The notes: generated by a model not told the origin, from the letters alone. A DNA stretch of 54,427 nt from Xanthobacteraceae bacterium (GCA_049285535.1 JBAQAB010000311.1:1-54427); one strand, 5' to 3'. Counted from the first letter of the stretch, positions 19,244-30,512 are shown. A program made the numbers and translations.

Positions 19244-21319
19244 CTACTCCGCAGCCGTCATGGTCGCGCGCCCTTGCGCGATCGCCGAGCATTCCGCCAT
19301 CACCGCCGAACTCCGCGCGATCGGATTGGTGAAGTAGAAGTCTTCCACGCTGGAGGCAAATGGCGCCCGGTCGGCTGTACCGCCGAGCGCGGCCAGCTTT
19401 TGCAGCACCGCGCTGTCGGCCGGCGTCACCTGGCCGATCCGCGTCAGATGCGGGTGCGCCTTAAACAGCACCTGTCGCAGTGCCGCAAGCGAGTCATAAG
19501 GCAGCCGGTGTGCCAGCACGTCCGACAGTGCCCGCAAGATCGCCCAATCTTCGCGCGCATCGCCCGGCGGAAAGGAGGCGCGCGTGGCCATTTGCACCCG
19601 CCCCTCGGTATTGACGTAAATCGCCGATTTTTCCGGATAGGCGGCCCCCGGCAATACGACATCGGCGCGCATCGCGCCGCGGTCGCCGTGGGTGCCGATA
19701 TAAATGACGAAGGCGCCTTGAGCGACATCGATCTCATCGACGCCGAGCAAAAACAAAACGTCGAGCGTGCCGAACGCCGCCATCTGCCGCGCGGAGAGTC
19801 CGCCCTGCCCCGGCACAAAACCGAGATCGAGCGCGCCGACGCGCGAGGCCGCGCTGTGCAACACGCAGAATCCGTTCCAACCCTCCTTCACCGCGCCGAG
19901 GTCGAGCGCGGCTTTGGCCGCGAGCGACGCAATTGCCACGCCGTCGCCGCGCGCCAAAGCGCCGGCGCCGAGAAGCACCATGGGCCGCTCGGCCTTGCGC
20001 AGCGTTTCGGCGAAGGAATGCCGCGCGACGGCGGCGAGCGTCTCCGGGCCGGCGCCGAGATAGTCGTAAGTGTAAGTGAGATCGCCCTTCGGCCCGATGA
20101 CGCCGATCGGAAATTTTCCGGCGCGCCAGCGTTTGCGGATGCGCGCGTTGAGAATGGCGGCTTCCTTGCGCGGATTGGAGCCGACGATGAGCAGCGCGTC
20201 GGCTGAATCGATTCCGGCAATGGTCGCATTGAACAAATAGCTGGCCCTGCCCCAGGCGGGATCAAGCGCCGCGCCGTCCTGCCGGCAATCGAGATTGCCG
20301 ACATTGAGCCGCGTCATCAAATCCTTGAGCGCAAAAATTTCCTCGACCGCAGCGAGATCGCCGACCATGGCGCCCATGCGCTTGGGATTGGCTTTGGCGA
20401 TCCTGGCAGAGATTGCCTTGAACGCCTCGGTCCAGGTCGTCGGACGAAGCTTGCCGCCCTCGCGCACATACGGCTGATCGAGCCGCTGTGTGCGCAGACC
20501 GTCGACCACGTGCCGCGTCTTGTCGGAAATCCATTCCTCGTTGATGTCATCGTTGGTGCGAGGCAGGATGCGCATCACCTCGCTGCCGCGGGTGTCGATG
20601 CGGATGGCGGAACCGAGGGCGTCCATGACGTCGACCGACTCGGTCTTGTTGAGCTCCCACGGCCGCGCTGCAAAGGCATAAGGCTTCGAGGTCAGCGCGC
20701 CGACCGGACAGAGGTCGACAACGTTGCCTTGCAGCTCCGAACGCATCGCCTGTTCCAGATAGCTCGTGATCTCCATGTCCTCGCCGCGGCCGATGGCGCC
20801 GAGCTCGGGAACGCCGGCGACCTCGGCGGAGAAGCGCACGCAGCGGGTGCACTGGATGCAGCGGTTCATCGAGGTCTTGACCAGCGCGCCGAGATATTTG
20901 TCTTCGACCGCGCGCTTGTTCTCGCGGTAGCGGCTGGCGTCGACCCCATAGGCCATCGACTGGTCCTGCAGATCGCACTCGCCGCCTTGATCGCAGATGG
21001 GGCAATCCAGCGGATGATTGATCAGCAGAAATTCCATCACGCCTTCGCGCGCCTTGCGCGTCATCGGCGAACGAGTTTTGACTTCGGGCGGCTCGCCCTT
21101 CGGTCCGGGCCGGCAATCGCGCACGCCCCAGGCGCAGCTCGCCACCGGTTTCGGCGAGCCGACCAGCTCGACCAGGCACATGCGGCAATTGCCGGCAATC
21201 GACAGCCGCTCATGGAAGCAGAAGCGCGGAATCTCCGCGCCCGCCGCTTCGCAGGCCTGCAGCAGCGTGTATTCCGGCGGAACGTCGATCTCTTTGCCGT
21301 CGATGATGAGCTTGGTCAT
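19244..21319 (-). CDS. nuoG: NADH-quinone oxidoreductase subunit G
   Basis: N-terminal Fe-S motifs CFHERLSIAGNCRMC, HPLDCPICDQGGEC and CIQCTRCVRF; 691 aa. Confidence 0.92.
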   Translation of the reverse strand: MTKLIIDGKEIDVPPEYTLLQACEAAGAEIPRFCFHERLSIAGNCRMCLVELVGSPKPVASCAWGVRDCRPGPKGEPPEVKTRSPMTRKAREGVMEFLLINHPLDCPICDQGGECDLQDQSMAYGVDASRYRENKRAVEDKYLGALVKTSMNRCIQCTRCVRFSAEVAGVPELGAIGRGEDMEITSYLEQAMRSELQGNVVDLCPVGALTSKPYAFAARPWELNKTESVDVMDALGSAIRIDTRGSEVMRILPRTNDDINEEWISDKTRHVVDGLRTQRLDQPYVREGGKLRPTTWTEAFKAISARIAKANPKRMGAMVGDLAAVEEIFALKDLMTRLNVGNLDCRQDGAALDPAWGRASYLFNATIAGIDSADALLIVGSNPRKEAAILNARIRKRWRAGKFPIGVIGPKGDLTYTYDYLGAGPETLAAVARHSFAETLRKAERPMVLLGAGALARGDGVAIASLAAKAALDLGAVKEGWNGFCVLHSAASRVGALDLGFVPGQGGLSARQMAAFGTLDVLFLLGVDEIDVAQGAFVIYIGTHGDRGAMRADVVLPGAAYPEKSAIYVNTEGRVQMATRASFPPGDAREDWAILRALSDVLAHRLPYDSLAALRQVLFKAHPHLTRIGQVTPADSAVLQKLAALGGTADRAPFASSVEDFYFTNPIARSSAVMAECSAIAQGRATMTAAE

Positions 21320-21338
21320 ATCTCTCTCACGTCGCTTC

Positions 21339-21830
21339 TTATGCTACCTGGTCGGCGGGCGCACAGCGCGCCGTCTTCCACAATTGCGCCGCCGGAACGC
21401 TGTCCCAACCGAACGCATGGTCGCTCGGACCGTGCGTCGCGAGATGTTCAAGCCGCCCTTTTGCTTCGGTCAGCGGCGGGCGATGTCCAACCGGCACCCA
21501 CCACATGACGAAATGCGGGCCGTCCATTTTGTCAAACCATTCCGGGCGGCGCCCGTAGAACCGCTTATGCACGGTCTGCCACACAAATCGCTCCAGCGCT
21601 TCGACGCTTTCCCAGACCGACAGATTGACCGCCATCTGCGGATCGGGGAACGGCCGGAAACCGGTGGCGTTGCCGCTGTCGTCCTGCAGCCGCCACACAA
21701 AACCCGCACTGCGGTCCGCGATGCCGTTCACCAGCGCAAGATTGTTCATGAAATCCGCCATGCGCGGGTCGTCGGTCGGATAGAGGAAGCGGCCGATATT
21801 AAGCTGCGCAAGGTGACGGATCGCATTCAT
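21339..21830 (-). CDS. DUF3291-like protein inserted between nuoF and nuoG
   Basis: MNAIRHLAQLNIGRFLYPTDDPRMADFMNNLALVNGIADRSAGFVWRLQDDSGNAT...VNLSVWESVEALERFVW. ATG lies 5 nt after the nuoF stop, with GGAG SD inside the last nuoF codons. Confidence 0.7.
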   Translation of the reverse strand: MNAIRHLAQLNIGRFLYPTDDPRMADFMNNLALVNGIADRSAGFVWRLQDDSGNATGFRPFPDPQMAVNLSVWESVEALERFVWQTVHKRFYGRRPEWFDKMDGPHFVMWWVPVGHRPPLTEAKGRLEHLATHGPSDHAFGWDSVPAAQLWKTARCAPADQVA

Positions 21831-21835
21831 CACAC

Positions 21836-23140
21836 TTACTCCGCCGCAACCGAGATCGGCGCGGGATGCGGGTTGGCGGTATATTGGTCGATGCGCTTTT
21901 CGATCTCGGGCCGGAAATGCCGTAGCAGGCCTTGCACCGGCCACGCAGCGCCGTCGCCGAAGGCGCAGATGGTGTGGCCTTCGATCTGTTTCGACACATC
22001 CCACAGCATGTCGATCTCGCGCTTGGTGGCGTGACCGACCGCCATACGGTCGAGCAGGCGCCACATCCAGCCCATGCCTTCGCGGCACGGCGTGCATTGG
22101 CCGCAACTTTCATGCCGGTAGAAATAAGAAATTCGGGCCATCGCTTTGACGATGTCGGCGGACTTGTCCATGACGATCACGGCAGCGGTACCGAGCGCCG
22201 ATTTCTTCTGCAGGCAGCCGTCGAAATCCATGAGCAGCGTATCGGCTTGATCGGGGCCGGCCGGAATAAGCGGCATCGACGAGCCGCCCGGGATGACGGC
22301 AAGCAAATTATCCCAGCCGCCGCGCACGCCGCCGGCGTGGCGCTCGATCAGTTCGCGCAGCGGAATGCCCATCGTCTCTTCGACATTGCACGGCCGCTCG
22401 ACATGGCCAGAAATGCAATAGAGCTTCGTCCCGGTATTATTCTGCCTGCCGATGCCGGCGAACCATGCCGCGCCGCGCCGCATGATGTCGGGCACCTGCG
22501 CGATGGTCTCGACATTGTTGACGGTAGTCGGACAGCCATAGAGGCCCATATTGGCCGGGAACGGCGGTTTCAGCCGCGGCTGGCCTTTCTTGCCTTCGAG
22601 GCTTTCCAACAGCGCCGTTTCCTCGCCGCAGATGTAGGCGCCGGCGCCATGATGCACGACGATATCGAAATCCCAGCCGTGAATGTTGTCCTTGCCTATC
22701 AGCTTCGCCTCATAGGCCTGATCGACCGCCGCCTGCAGCCGCTCGCGCTCGCGGATGAATTCGCCGCGGATATAGATAAAGCAGTGGTTAGCGGCCATGG
22801 CGAAGCCGGCGATCAGGCAGCCCTCGATCAGAAGATGCGGATCGTTGCGCATGACCTCGCGGTCCTTGCAGGTGCCAGGCTCGGACTCGTCGGCATTGAT
22901 GACCAGATAATGCGGCCGCTCCACCTGCTTCGGCATGAACGACCATTTCAGGCCGGTCGGAAAGCCGGCGCCGCCACGGCCGCGCTGGCCGGAGGCTTTG
23001 CATTCGTTGATCACCGCGTCGCGGCCTCTCTCGAGGATGGCCTTGGTGCCGTCCCAGGCGCCGCGGGCGCGCGCGCCCTCGAGGCCCCAATCGCGCTGGC
23101 CGTAAAGATTCTTGAAAATGCGGTCCTTGTCGGCGAGCAT
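21836..23140 (-). CDS. nuoF: NADH-quinone oxidoreductase subunit F
   Basis: [19 protein letters not shown] (FMN/NADH site) and [12 protein letters not shown] (4Fe-4S). Confidence 0.93.
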   Translation of the reverse strand: MLADKDRIFKNLYGQRDWGLEGARARGAWDGTKAILERGRDAVINECKASGQRGRGGAGFPTGLKWSFMPKQVERPHYLVINADESEPGTCKDREVMRNDPHLLIEGCLIAGFAMAANHCFIYIRGEFIRERERLQAAVDQAYEAKLIGKDNIHGWDFDIVVHHGAGAYICGEETALLESLEGKKGQPRLKPPFPANMGLYGCPTTVNNVETIAQVPDIMRRGAAWFAGIGRQNNTGTKLYCISGHVERPCNVEETMGIPLRELIERHAGGVRGGWDNLLAVIPGGSSMPLIPAGPDQADTLLMDFDGCLQKKSALGTAAVIVMDKSADIVKAMARISYFYRHESCGQCTPCREGMGWMWRLLDRMAVGHATKREIDMLWDVSKQIEGHTICAFGDGAAWPVQGLLRHFRPEIEKRIDQYTANPHPAPISVAAE

Positions 23141-23880
23141 CAGTTGCGTCTCGGATCGGTGGAGCCGGCAGCCGGCGGTTTCGGCATCGATGCTTCATGA
23201 ACGTTGGCCGCCGCGCCCGGCTTTTTCGCTTCGTCATCGGGCTGGTCAATGGGACCGCCCGATTTTCCACTGGCCGCAAACAGCGATGGGTCGGTCAGTG
23301 TTGTCGGTCCGCCGATCGGCGCTGAATTGATGCGATCGATCTGCGGTCCGGGCTTCGGCGTGCGGCCATTGGAAAAATCGTTGATGATGCGGGTGAAGAT
23401 CTCCGGCGTCAGGTCCTCGTAATAATCGGCATTGATCTGCGCCATCGGCGCATTCACGCAGGCGCCGAGGCACTCGACTTCGACCCAGGAAAACGCGCCG
23501 TCGGCGGTCACCTCGCCCTCGTGGCCGATCATGCGGTGGCAGACTTTCTTGAGCTCTTCGGCACCGCGCAGCATGCAGGGCGTCGTGCCGCAGAGCTGCA
23601 CGTGATAGCGCCCAACCGGCGACAGATTGAACATCGTGTAGAAGGTCGCCACTTCGAGCACGCGGATTTTCGCCATGCCGAGCAAATCGGCTGTGGCTTC
23701 GATGGCTTTTTGCGGCAGCCAGCCGCCGCACTGGGCCTGCGCGCGCCACAGGATCAAGATGACCGCCGATTGCTGGCGGCCTTCCGGATATTTGGCGATC
23801 TGCGCCTTCGCCCAAGTGAGATTTTCGGGAGTGAAAGCAAAGCTCGGCGGCTGCTTTTCAGCGAGACGGCGGACGCTCAT
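23140..23880 (-). CDS. nuoE: NADH-quinone oxidoreductase subunit E
   Basis: Thioredoxin-like 2Fe-2S ferredoxin motifs (LCGTTPC, VECLGAC) with a Pro/Ala-rich C-terminal tail. Confidence 0.9.
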   Translation of the reverse strand: MSVRRLAEKQPPSFAFTPENLTWAKAQIAKYPEGRQQSAVILILWRAQAQCGGWLPQKAIEATADLLGMAKIRVLEVATFYTMFNLSPVGRYHVQLCGTTPCMLRGAEELKKVCHRMIGHEGEVTADGAFSWVEVECLGACVNAPMAQINADYYEDLTPEIFTRIINDFSNGRTPKPGPQIDRINSAPIGGPTTLTDPSLFAASGKSGGPIDQPDDEAKKPGAAANVHEASMPKPPAAGSTDPRRN

Positions 23881-25067
23881 CGGTCGACCTCGCCGAACAC
23901 GATGTCAATCGAGCCGAGGATCGCGGAGATATCGGCCAGCATGTGGCCGCGGCAGAGGAAGTCCATGGCCTGCAAATGCGCAAAGCCCGGCGCGCGTATC
24001 TTGCACTTGTACGGTTTGTTGGTGCCGTCGGCGACCAGATAGACGCCAAACTCGCCCTTCGGCGCCTCGACCGCGGCATAAACTTCGCCGGGCGGCACTT
24101 TGAAGCCTTCGGTGTAGAGCTTGAAGTGATGGATCAGAGATTCCATCGAACGCTTCATCTCTTCACGCCGCGGCGGCACGATCTTGTGATCGTCGACAGT
24201 GACGCGGCCCTGCCCATCCGGCGCGTGCAGCTTATCGATGCATTGCTTCATGATGCGGACCGACTGGCGCATCTCTTCCATGCGGATGCAATAGCGGTCG
24301 TAGTTATCGCCGTTCTTGCCGATCGGAATGTCGAAATCGAGCTCGGCATAGCACTCGTAAGGCTGCGCCTTGCGCAAATCCCAGGTCGCACCGGAGCCGC
24401 GCACCATGACGCCGGAAAAACCGCGCGCCCAGGCGTCTTCCAGCTTCACCACGCCGATATCGACATTGCGCTGCTTGAAGATCCGGTTCTCGGTGAGGAG
24501 TTCCTCGAGATCGTCGCACACTTTGAGGAACGGATCGCAGAAGCCCGCAATGTCGTCGATCAATTTCGACGGCAAATCCTGATGCACGCCGCCGACGCGA
24601 AAATAGGCGGCATGCATGCGCGAGCCCGAGGCCCGCTCATAGAAGACCATCAGCTTCTCGCGCTCTTCAAAGCCCCACAGCGGTGGGGTCAGCGCGCCGA
24701 CATCCATGGCTTGCGTGGTAACATTGAGGAGATGCGACAACAGCCGGCCGATCTCGCAATAGAGCACGCGGATGAGCTGGGCGCGGCGCGGCACGGCAAG
24801 CCCGAGCAATTTCTCCGCCGCGAGGCAGAAGGCATGCTCCTGATTGATCGGCGCCACATAGTCGAGCCGGTCGAAATAAGGGATCGCCTGCAGGTAGGTC
24901 TTGTGCTCGATCAGCTTTTCGGTGCCGCGATGCAGAAGGCCGATATGCGGATCGACGCGCTCGACGACTTCGCCGTCGAGCTCGAGCACAAGTCGCAGCA
25001 CGCCATGCGCGGCCGGATGCTGCGGTCCGAAATTGATGGTGAAGTTGCGCGGCGCGGCTTCGGCCAT
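23877..25067 (-). CDS. nuoD: NADH-quinone oxidoreductase subunit D
   Basis: [33 protein letters not shown]... The start is taken at ATG 25067, which overlaps the upstream thioesterase stop as TAATG. Confidence 0.92.
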   Translation of the reverse strand: MAEAAPRNFTINFGPQHPAAHGVLRLVLELDGEVVERVDPHIGLLHRGTEKLIEHKTYLQAIPYFDRLDYVAPINQEHAFCLAAEKLLGLAVPRRAQLIRVLYCEIGRLLSHLLNVTTQAMDVGALTPPLWGFEEREKLMVFYERASGSRMHAAYFRVGGVHQDLPSKLIDDIAGFCDPFLKVCDDLEELLTENRIFKQRNVDIGVVKLEDAWARGFSGVMVRGSGATWDLRKAQPYECYAELDFDIPIGKNGDNYDRYCIRMEEMRQSVRIMKQCIDKLHAPDGQGRVTVDDHKIVPPRREEMKRSMESLIHHFKLYTEGFKVPPGEVYAAVEAPKGEFGVYLVADGTNKPYKCKIRAPGFAHLQAMDFLCRGHMLADISAILGSIDIVFGEVDR

Positions 25068-25498
25068 TAGGCGAACTCCTTCACCTTCGCTGCTTTCGCC
25101 GCCAAGCGCGCATTGAACTTGTCCCACAGCACGACAAAGCGCTCGTGGCGTCCTTCGCCGATGAGGTCGACACCATCATGCGCCTTGACCTTGAAGGTGA
25201 TGCGCGGTCCGGCGACTTCGGTGCATTCGACGTCGACCGTCACGGTTTGCCCCGGCAGGGTCGCCGCGAGGTGACTGACATCGACATGCACGCCAAGACT
25301 GCCTTCGCCGGAGTCCAGATACGGCGCCAGGAGCTGGGTGCATGCCCATTCCATCAACACGATCATGAAGCCGGTGGCGAAAACCTTCGGCATCGACGCG
25401 ATCTCGGGCGATTCCGGATAGGTGTAAGGAACGGTCTTGTTCTCCGGCACCTTGTAGGCGAAGCGATGGGTGAGGCCGGGCTTGAGGGTCGGCTTCAT
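25067..25498 (-). CDS. FlK-like hotdog-fold acyl-CoA thioesterase inserted between nuoC and nuoD
   Basis: 143 aa. [26 protein letters not shown]...[20 protein letters not shown]...[14 protein letters not shown] closely resembles the fluoroacetyl-CoA thioesterase FlK family as I recall it, including the Thr/Glu/His positions. Confidence 0.7.
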   Translation of the reverse strand: MKPTLKPGLTHRFAYKVPENKTVPYTYPESPEIASMPKVFATGFMIVLMEWACTQLLAPYLDSGEGSLGVHVDVSHLAATLPGQTVTVDVECTEVAGPRITFKVKAHDGVDLIGEGRHERFVVLWDKFNARLAAKAAKVKEFA

Positions 25499-25501
25499 GT
25501 G

Positions 25502-26125
25502 TCATGACCCCTTCGCTGGGGTTTTGCCGCTGGATTTCTCGTCGCCTGGCAGTACGTAATCGGTGCCTTCCCACGGCGACAGAAAATCGAAATCGCGGAA
25601 CTCCTGCGTCAGCCGCACCGGCTCGTAAACCACGCGCTTGAGCTCGTCGTCATAGCGCACCTCGACAAAACCGGTCAGCGGGAAATCCTTGCGCAGCGGA
25701 TGGCCCTCAAAGCCGTAGTCGGTGAGAATGCGCCGCATGTCGGGATGGCCGGTAAACACCACGCCGTAGAGATCGTAGGTCTCGCGCTCGAACCAGTCGG
25801 CGCCCGGAAACACCTCGATGATCGACGGTACCGCAGTGGCTTCGTCGGTCTCGGCTTTGACGCGCAAGCGAACATTGTGCTTCGGCGACAGCAGGTGATA
25901 GACGACATCGAAGCGCCGCTCGCGGCTCGGCCAATCGACCGCAGTCACGTCGACCAGGCTCCAGAACTGACACCGCGGGTCGTCGCGCAAGAACCGCATC
26001 ACCGCGACAATGTCGGCGGCCTGCACCGTCACATTAAGCTCGTGACACGCCACCGCGTAGCCCGTCACCGATGAGGCGAGCGCGTCAGCGATTGTCTTGC
26101 CGAGCGAGTCGAGCGTCTCGTCCAT
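25502..26125 (-). CDS. nuoC: NADH-quinone oxidoreductase subunit C
   Basis: 207 aa; [40 protein letters not shown] is the conserved 30-kDa subunit motif. Confidence 0.92.
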   Translation of the reverse strand: MDETLDSLGKTIADALASSVTGYAVACHELNVTVQAADIVAVMRFLRDDPRCQFWSLVDVTAVDWPSRERRFDVVYHLLSPKHNVRLRVKAETDEATAVPSIIEVFPGADWFERETYDLYGVVFTGHPDMRRILTDYGFEGHPLRKDFPLTGFVEVRYDDELKRVVYEPVRLTQEFRDFDFLSPWEGTDYVLPGDEKSSGKTPAKGS

Positions 26126-26142
26126 TTGCAGCGTTCGCTGGT

Positions 26143-26736
26143 CTAACGTTCGATGGTTGAGGTACGGCGGATTTTCTTTTGCAAGAGCAAGACGCCGTAT
26201 AACAAAGCTTCCGCGGTCGGCGGACAGCCCGGCACGTAGATATCGACCGGCACGATGCGGTCGCAGCCGCGCACCACCGCGTAGGAATAATGGTAGTAGC
26301 CGCCGCCATTGGCGCAGGAGCCCATCGAGATCACATAGCGCGGCTCCGGCATCTGGTCGTAGACCTTGCGCAGCGCCGGCGCCATTTTATTGGTCAGCGT
26401 GCCGGCCACGATCATCACGTCGGATTGTCGCGGCGAGGCACGCGGCGCGAAGCCGAAGCGCTCGGCGTCGTAGCGCGGCATCGACATTTGCATCATCTCG
26501 ACGGCGCAGCAGGCGAGCCCGAACGTCATCCACATCAGCGAGCCGGTGCGCGCCCAGGCAATGAGATCGTCGGCGGCCGCGACTAGGAATCCCTTATCAG
26601 CCAGTTCGCTGTTGACGCTTTGGAAATACGTATCGTCCGCTGCGGCCGGCCTGCCGGCGCGCGGATCAATCAACCCCTGTCGCGGCGTGGCGAGTGTGGG
26701 TTCGCTCAGTCCCATTCGAGCGCTCCCTTCTTCCAC
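26143..26736 (-). CDS. nuoB: NADH-quinone oxidoreductase subunit B
   Basis: [22 protein letters not shown] and VPGCPP are the N2 cluster ligand motifs. The start could instead be the second Met at 26715. Confidence 0.9.
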   Translation of the reverse strand: MEEGSARMGLSEPTLATPRQGLIDPRAGRPAAADDTYFQSVNSELADKGFLVAAADDLIAWARTGSLMWMTFGLACCAVEMMQMSMPRYDAERFGFAPRASPRQSDVMIVAGTLTNKMAPALRKVYDQMPEPRYVISMGSCANGGGYYHYSYAVVRGCDRIVPVDIYVPGCPPTAEALLYGVLLLQKKIRRTSTIER

Positions 26737-27083
26737 TCATAGATAAACCCGATCGTCAGCACCGCAAGGAACAGCATCATCGACCAGAAGCCGTAGACGC
26801 CGAGGTGACCGAACGCCACCGCCCACGGAAACAGGAAGCTGACTTCGAGGTCGAAAATAATGAACAAGATCGCTACCAGATAGAAGCGGACATCGAACTT
26901 CATCCGCGCGTCGTCGAAGGCGTTAAACCCGCACTCGTAGGCGGACAGCTTTTCCGGGTTCGGCTCTTTGTAGGCGACGATGAAGGCGACGACCAACAGC
27001 ACAAGCCCGATGACGCCCGCGACGCCGACGAACACGATGAGCGGCAGATAGGCTAGCAGCAGTTGAGTCAGTGATTGACTCAT
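26706..27083 (-). CDS. nuoA: NADH-quinone oxidoreductase subunit A
   Basis: [23 protein letters not shown]...YECGF...FDLE; 125 aa from the internal Met of ORF 26706..27254. Confidence 0.88.
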   Translation of the reverse strand: MSQSLTQLLLAYLPLIVFVGVAGVIGLVLLVVAFIVAYKEPNPEKLSAYECGFNAFDDARMKFDVRFYLVAILFIIFDLEVSFLFPWAVAFGHLGVYGFWSMMLFLAVLTIGFIYEWKKGALEWD

Positions 27084-27335
27084 CGGGAACCTTTCCGACC
27101 GGCTATCGAGGGAGAAGCTCCCTCGGCGGAAACAGTGGCGTGCGCGGCGCCGTTCCGCCTGCAATGCCGGTGCGCCGATTTGCCTCAAAATCAAGCGGAT
27201 TCGCGCTGCCAGCGGAACTTTGCGACCCTTAGCGCAGCGCACAAAAAGGTGCAAGGCGCGCCTGTGCGTGGCGTGTGCGTTGACGCCATCGTGACCGCCG
27301 ATGCTACGATCCGGCGACGAATTGATTGCGAACGG

Positions 27336-28340
27336 ATGATGCGGCCGATGCCAAAAGCGCTTCCCGGGTGGCTATTCCTCTTTCGCGCGTTCGCCGCGTT
27401 GGCCCTGACATTCGCGATTCTCCTTGCACAGGCGGCCGACGCGGCGAGCTTTCCCGATCGCCCGATCAAGCTCATTGTGCCATTCGCGCCGGGCGGACCG
27501 CCGGACGTCGCTGCGCGGATCATCGGCGATTGGCTGTCCGGCCATCTCGGCCCGGTAGTGGTCGAAAACCACATCGGCGCAGGCGGCACGCTTGCCGCTC
27601 GCTTGGTCGCCGGTGCCCCGCCGGACGGCTACACGCTGATGGCCGCGACATCGGGCGTGATTGCGATTAGTCCGCAGCTCTATAAAAACGCCGGCATCGA
27701 CCCGGTCAAAGACTTCACCGCGGTGGCGCTATTGTCGTCGACGCCGCAGGTGCTCGCCGTCAACGCCGCGCTGCCCGTGCACAGCGTCAAGGAACTGGTC
27801 GCTTACGCCAAGGCCAATCCCGGCAAATTGAATTACGGAGCGGTCATCGGCACACCGCCGCATCTCAGCGGCGAGATGTTCAAGCATCTCACCGGCACCG
27901 ACATCGTATTCGTGCCCTACAAGGGCGCATCGCAGGCGACCACCGACGTGCTGACCGGGCAGATGAATATGACCTTCGAAGGCGCAACCGGCATCATGCC
28001 CTATCTCCAGAGCGGCAAACTGCGCGCGCTCGCGGTGACAAGCCCGCACCGCTTGCCGGGACTCCCCGGCGTGCCGACTATGATCGAAGCCGGCTACCCC
28101 GGCATGCCGCCGGATGCCTGGCAGGCAATCGTCGCGCCGGCGGGTACGCCGGCCGCCATCGTCGCCAAGATCAACGGCGTGGTGAATCAGGGCTTGGCCG
28201 ACCCTCAAGTGCGCAGTCGCATTATCGGCCTCGGCGGCGTTCCGCAGCCGATGTCGGCGAAGGATTTCGCTCTCTTCATCGCTGAACAGGTCCAACGCTG
28301 GGGCGACATCATCCGCGTCACCGGCGTAAAATTGGAGTAA
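27336..28340 (+). CDS. tripartite tricarboxylate transporter substrate-binding protein (Bug/TctC family)
   Basis: Signal peptide [24 protein letters not shown]... then [20 protein letters not shown], the typical Bug-family N-terminus. Confidence 0.8.
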   Translation: MMRPMPKALPGWLFLFRAFAALALTFAILLAQAADAASFPDRPIKLIVPFAPGGPPDVAARIIGDWLSGHLGPVVVENHIGAGGTLAARLVAGAPPDGYTLMAATSGVIAISPQLYKNAGIDPVKDFTAVALLSSTPQVLAVNAALPVHSVKELVAYAKANPGKLNYGAVIGTPPHLSGEMFKHLTGTDIVFVPYKGASQATTDVLTGQMNMTFEGATGIMPYLQSGKLRALAVTSPHRLPGLPGVPTMIEAGYPGMPPDAWQAIVAPAGTPAAIVAKINGVVNQGLADPQVRSRIIGLGGVPQPMSAKDFALFIAEQVQRWGDIIRVTGVKLE

Positions 28341-28347
28341 GGAAAAC

Positions 28348-29325
28348 ATGCCGTTTGCTTTTTCGCGCCGCGCCGCGCTGTTCGCCTTGGGAAGCGCGGT
28401 CACGCTTTCGGTGGCACGCGCCGACACCTATCCGTCGCGGCCGGTCAAGATCATCGTGCCGTTCGGCGCCGGCGGCCCGACCGATGTTTTTGTCCGCGAA
28501 CTGGCCGTCGAACTACAGAAATCTCTGCACCAGTCGTTTGTCATCGAAAACCGTCCAGGCGCCGGCACCACGATCGGCACCGATTATGTCGCGAAATCGG
28601 CGCCCGACGGTTATACGCTGTTGATGGCGAGCAGCACCCAGACGGTGAATGAAACGCTCTACAAGGATAAGCCGTATCAGCTCTTGCGCGATCTCACTCC
28701 GATCGCCCCGCTTGAGGAGAATGGTCTGGTCCTGGTCGTTAGTCCGTCGGTGCCGGCCAGGAATCTTGGCGAGCTCCTGGCATTGGCGCGGGCGAAGCCG
28801 GGCACGCTCAATTTCGGCTCGTCCGGGCCGGGCTCGAACTATCATATGGCCGCCGAGCTGTTGAAGAATCTTACCGGCATCAACATCGTGCACGTGCCGT
28901 ATAAAGGCTCGACCGGCATGCGGGTCGATATTCTCAGCGGCCAGATCCAGATGTTGTTCGATTCGATTCCGACCATGGCGCCCTATATCAAGGCCGGCAA
29001 AGTGCGCGCGATGGGTACCAGCGGTACGGCACGCTCCCCGATTTTGCCGGACGTGCCGACCATTGCCGAAGCCGGTGTGCCGGGATTTCAGTTCAGCCAA
29101 TGGGTCGGCGTCATGGCGCCGAAGGGAACGCCGCAGTCGATCATCGATCTGCTGCACAACTCCATCACCGCGATTTTGAGCCGGCCCGACATCAAGGAAG
29201 CCTGGGAGAAGCAGGGCGCAACGCCGATGGTGATGACGCAGCCCGAATTTGCGGCTTTCATGGCGGCGCAGATCGCCAAATGGGCCAAGGTCATCAACGA
29301 CAACCACATCACGCTGATCGATTAG
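28348..29325 (+). CDS. tripartite tricarboxylate transporter substrate-binding protein (Bug/TctC family)
   Basis: YPSRPVKIIVPFGAGGPTDV...VPYKGS motifs, with a signal peptide. Confidence 0.85.
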   Translation: MPFAFSRRAALFALGSAVTLSVARADTYPSRPVKIIVPFGAGGPTDVFVRELAVELQKSLHQSFVIENRPGAGTTIGTDYVAKSAPDGYTLLMASSTQTVNETLYKDKPYQLLRDLTPIAPLEENGLVLVVSPSVPARNLGELLALARAKPGTLNFGSSGPGSNYHMAAELLKNLTGINIVHVPYKGSTGMRVDILSGQIQMLFDSIPTMAPYIKAGKVRAMGTSGTARSPILPDVPTIAEAGVPGFQFSQWVGVMAPKGTPQSIIDLLHNSITAILSRPDIKEAWEKQGATPMVMTQPEFAAFMAAQIAKWAKVINDNHITLID

Positions 29326-29375
29326 AGCATGGCCCCGAAATAGTGGATACCGGTTTGTCGGAAAAGACGATGTTC
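29325..29375. repeat. degenerate second copy of the palindromic repeat seen at 16423-16471
   Basis: GAGCATGGCCCCGAAATAGTGGATACCGGTTTGTCGGAAAAGACGATGTTC aligns with the reverse complement of 16423-16471, with two 1-nt indels and a few substitutions. It starts on the last base of the TctC stop codon. Confidence 0.7.
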
Positions 29376-29391
29376 AAAAAAAGGTGCAAGC

Positions 29392-30324
29392 ATGGACGAG
29401 ATCACTAACCGCCCCGCAGCCGCGATCAAAGGCGAGGACCATTGGACGACCAAGGACGGCAACGTAAAGCTGTTCCTATTTGAGAAATGCGCCGGCGATC
29501 CCAAAAATACCACCGGCACGATTTTGTTCGTGCATGGCTCGTCGATGGCGGCACAGCCGACATTCGATCTTCAGGTCGAGGGCCGGCCGGACTCCTCCGC
29601 GATGGACTGGTTTGCACGCCGCGGTTTCGACTGCTGGTCGGTCGACATGGAGGGCTATGGCCGCTCGACCAAGGATCGCGACAATAACGCGCCCATCGCG
29701 CAGGGCGCCGACGATTGCTTTGCCGCCGCAAGCTATATCCAGAAGCTGCGCGGCAAGCGGCCGTTTTTGGTTTACGGAATTTCTTCGGGCGCGTTGCGCG
29801 CCGCTTTATTCGCCGAGCGCCACCCCGAGCTTGTCGGCCGGCTTGCACTCGATGCCATGGTGTGGACCGGGGAAGGCTCGCCGACGCTCGCCGAGCGTAA
29901 GAAGAAGCTTCCCGAGTTTCGCGCCAGGAACCGCCGGCCGATCGACAAGGCCTTCATCCACTCGATCTTCGACCGCGATCATCCCGGCACCGCCGAAGAG
30001 AAGGTCATCGACGCCTTCGCCGACGCTGTGACCGCACTCGATACGTCGGTGCCGACCGGGACCTATGTCGATATGTGCAGCAATCTGCCGGTGGTCGATC
30101 CGGAGAAAATCGCGGCGCCGACCCTGATCATGCGCGGTCAATGGGACGGCATCGCCGGCTTCGACGATCTCCTCAAGTTCTTCGCCAAGCTGCCGAGCCC
30201 GGACAAGCACTTTGCCGTGATGCCCGGCATTTCGCATGCGAGCTTTCAGCAGAAGAATTACGCGTCAGTCTACCACATTTTGTGGAGCTTCTTCGCCCAG
30301 CCGGCTCCGATCTATCGCGGATAG
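29392..30324 (+). CDS. alpha/beta-fold hydrolase
   Basis: 310 aa with a GISSG nucleophile elbow and a HGSS oxyanion region. Confidence 0.75.
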   Translation: MDEITNRPAAAIKGEDHWTTKDGNVKLFLFEKCAGDPKNTTGTILFVHGSSMAAQPTFDLQVEGRPDSSAMDWFARRGFDCWSVDMEGYGRSTKDRDNNAPIAQGADDCFAAASYIQKLRGKRPFLVYGISSGALRAALFAERHPELVGRLALDAMVWTGEGSPTLAERKKKLPEFRARNRRPIDKAFIHSIFDRDHPGTAEEKVIDAFADAVTALDTSVPTGTYVDMCSNLPVVDPEKIAAPTLIMRGQWDGIAGFDDLLKFFAKLPSPDKHFAVMPGISHASFQQKNYASVYHILWSFFAQPAPIYRG

Positions 30325-30390
30325 GAAGGCCGGCAAACGGCCATGGAGAGCTGGGGAAACAGTTGCGAAAAGGCAGCTAAGTCATTGAAA

Positions 30391-30467
30391 TGGCGGGAGC
30401 GACGGGACTCGAACCCGCGACCTTCGGCGTGACAGGCCGACGCTCTAACCAACTGAGCTACGCCCCC
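30391..30467 (-). tRNA. tRNA-Asp (GTC)
   Basis: Reverse complement GGGGGCGTAGCTCAGTTGGTTAGAGCGTCGGCCTGTCACGCCGAAGGTCGCGGGTTCGAGTCCCGTCGCTCCCGCCA. Cloverleaf with anticodon loop CTGTCAC; CCA is encoded. Confidence 0.93.
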
Positions 30468-30512
30468 GCGGGCGCCGTCGGCACTTAAGGCCCGGCTCGC
30501 GCCAAGTCAAGG

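Noticed and set aside
17916-19292. 458-aa minus-strand ORF in an alternative frame over nuoH and the small membrane ORF
   Set aside because: It is an out-of-frame overlap with nuoH. The Arg/Gly/Ala-rich translation is characteristic of off-frame high-GC sequence.
18059-20206. 715-aa plus-strand ORF spanning nuoH and nuoG
   Set aside because: It is antisense to two strongly recognisable nuo genes. Its composition is the typical Arg/His/Asp/Gln-rich shadow of high-GC coding DNA, with no recognisable motifs.
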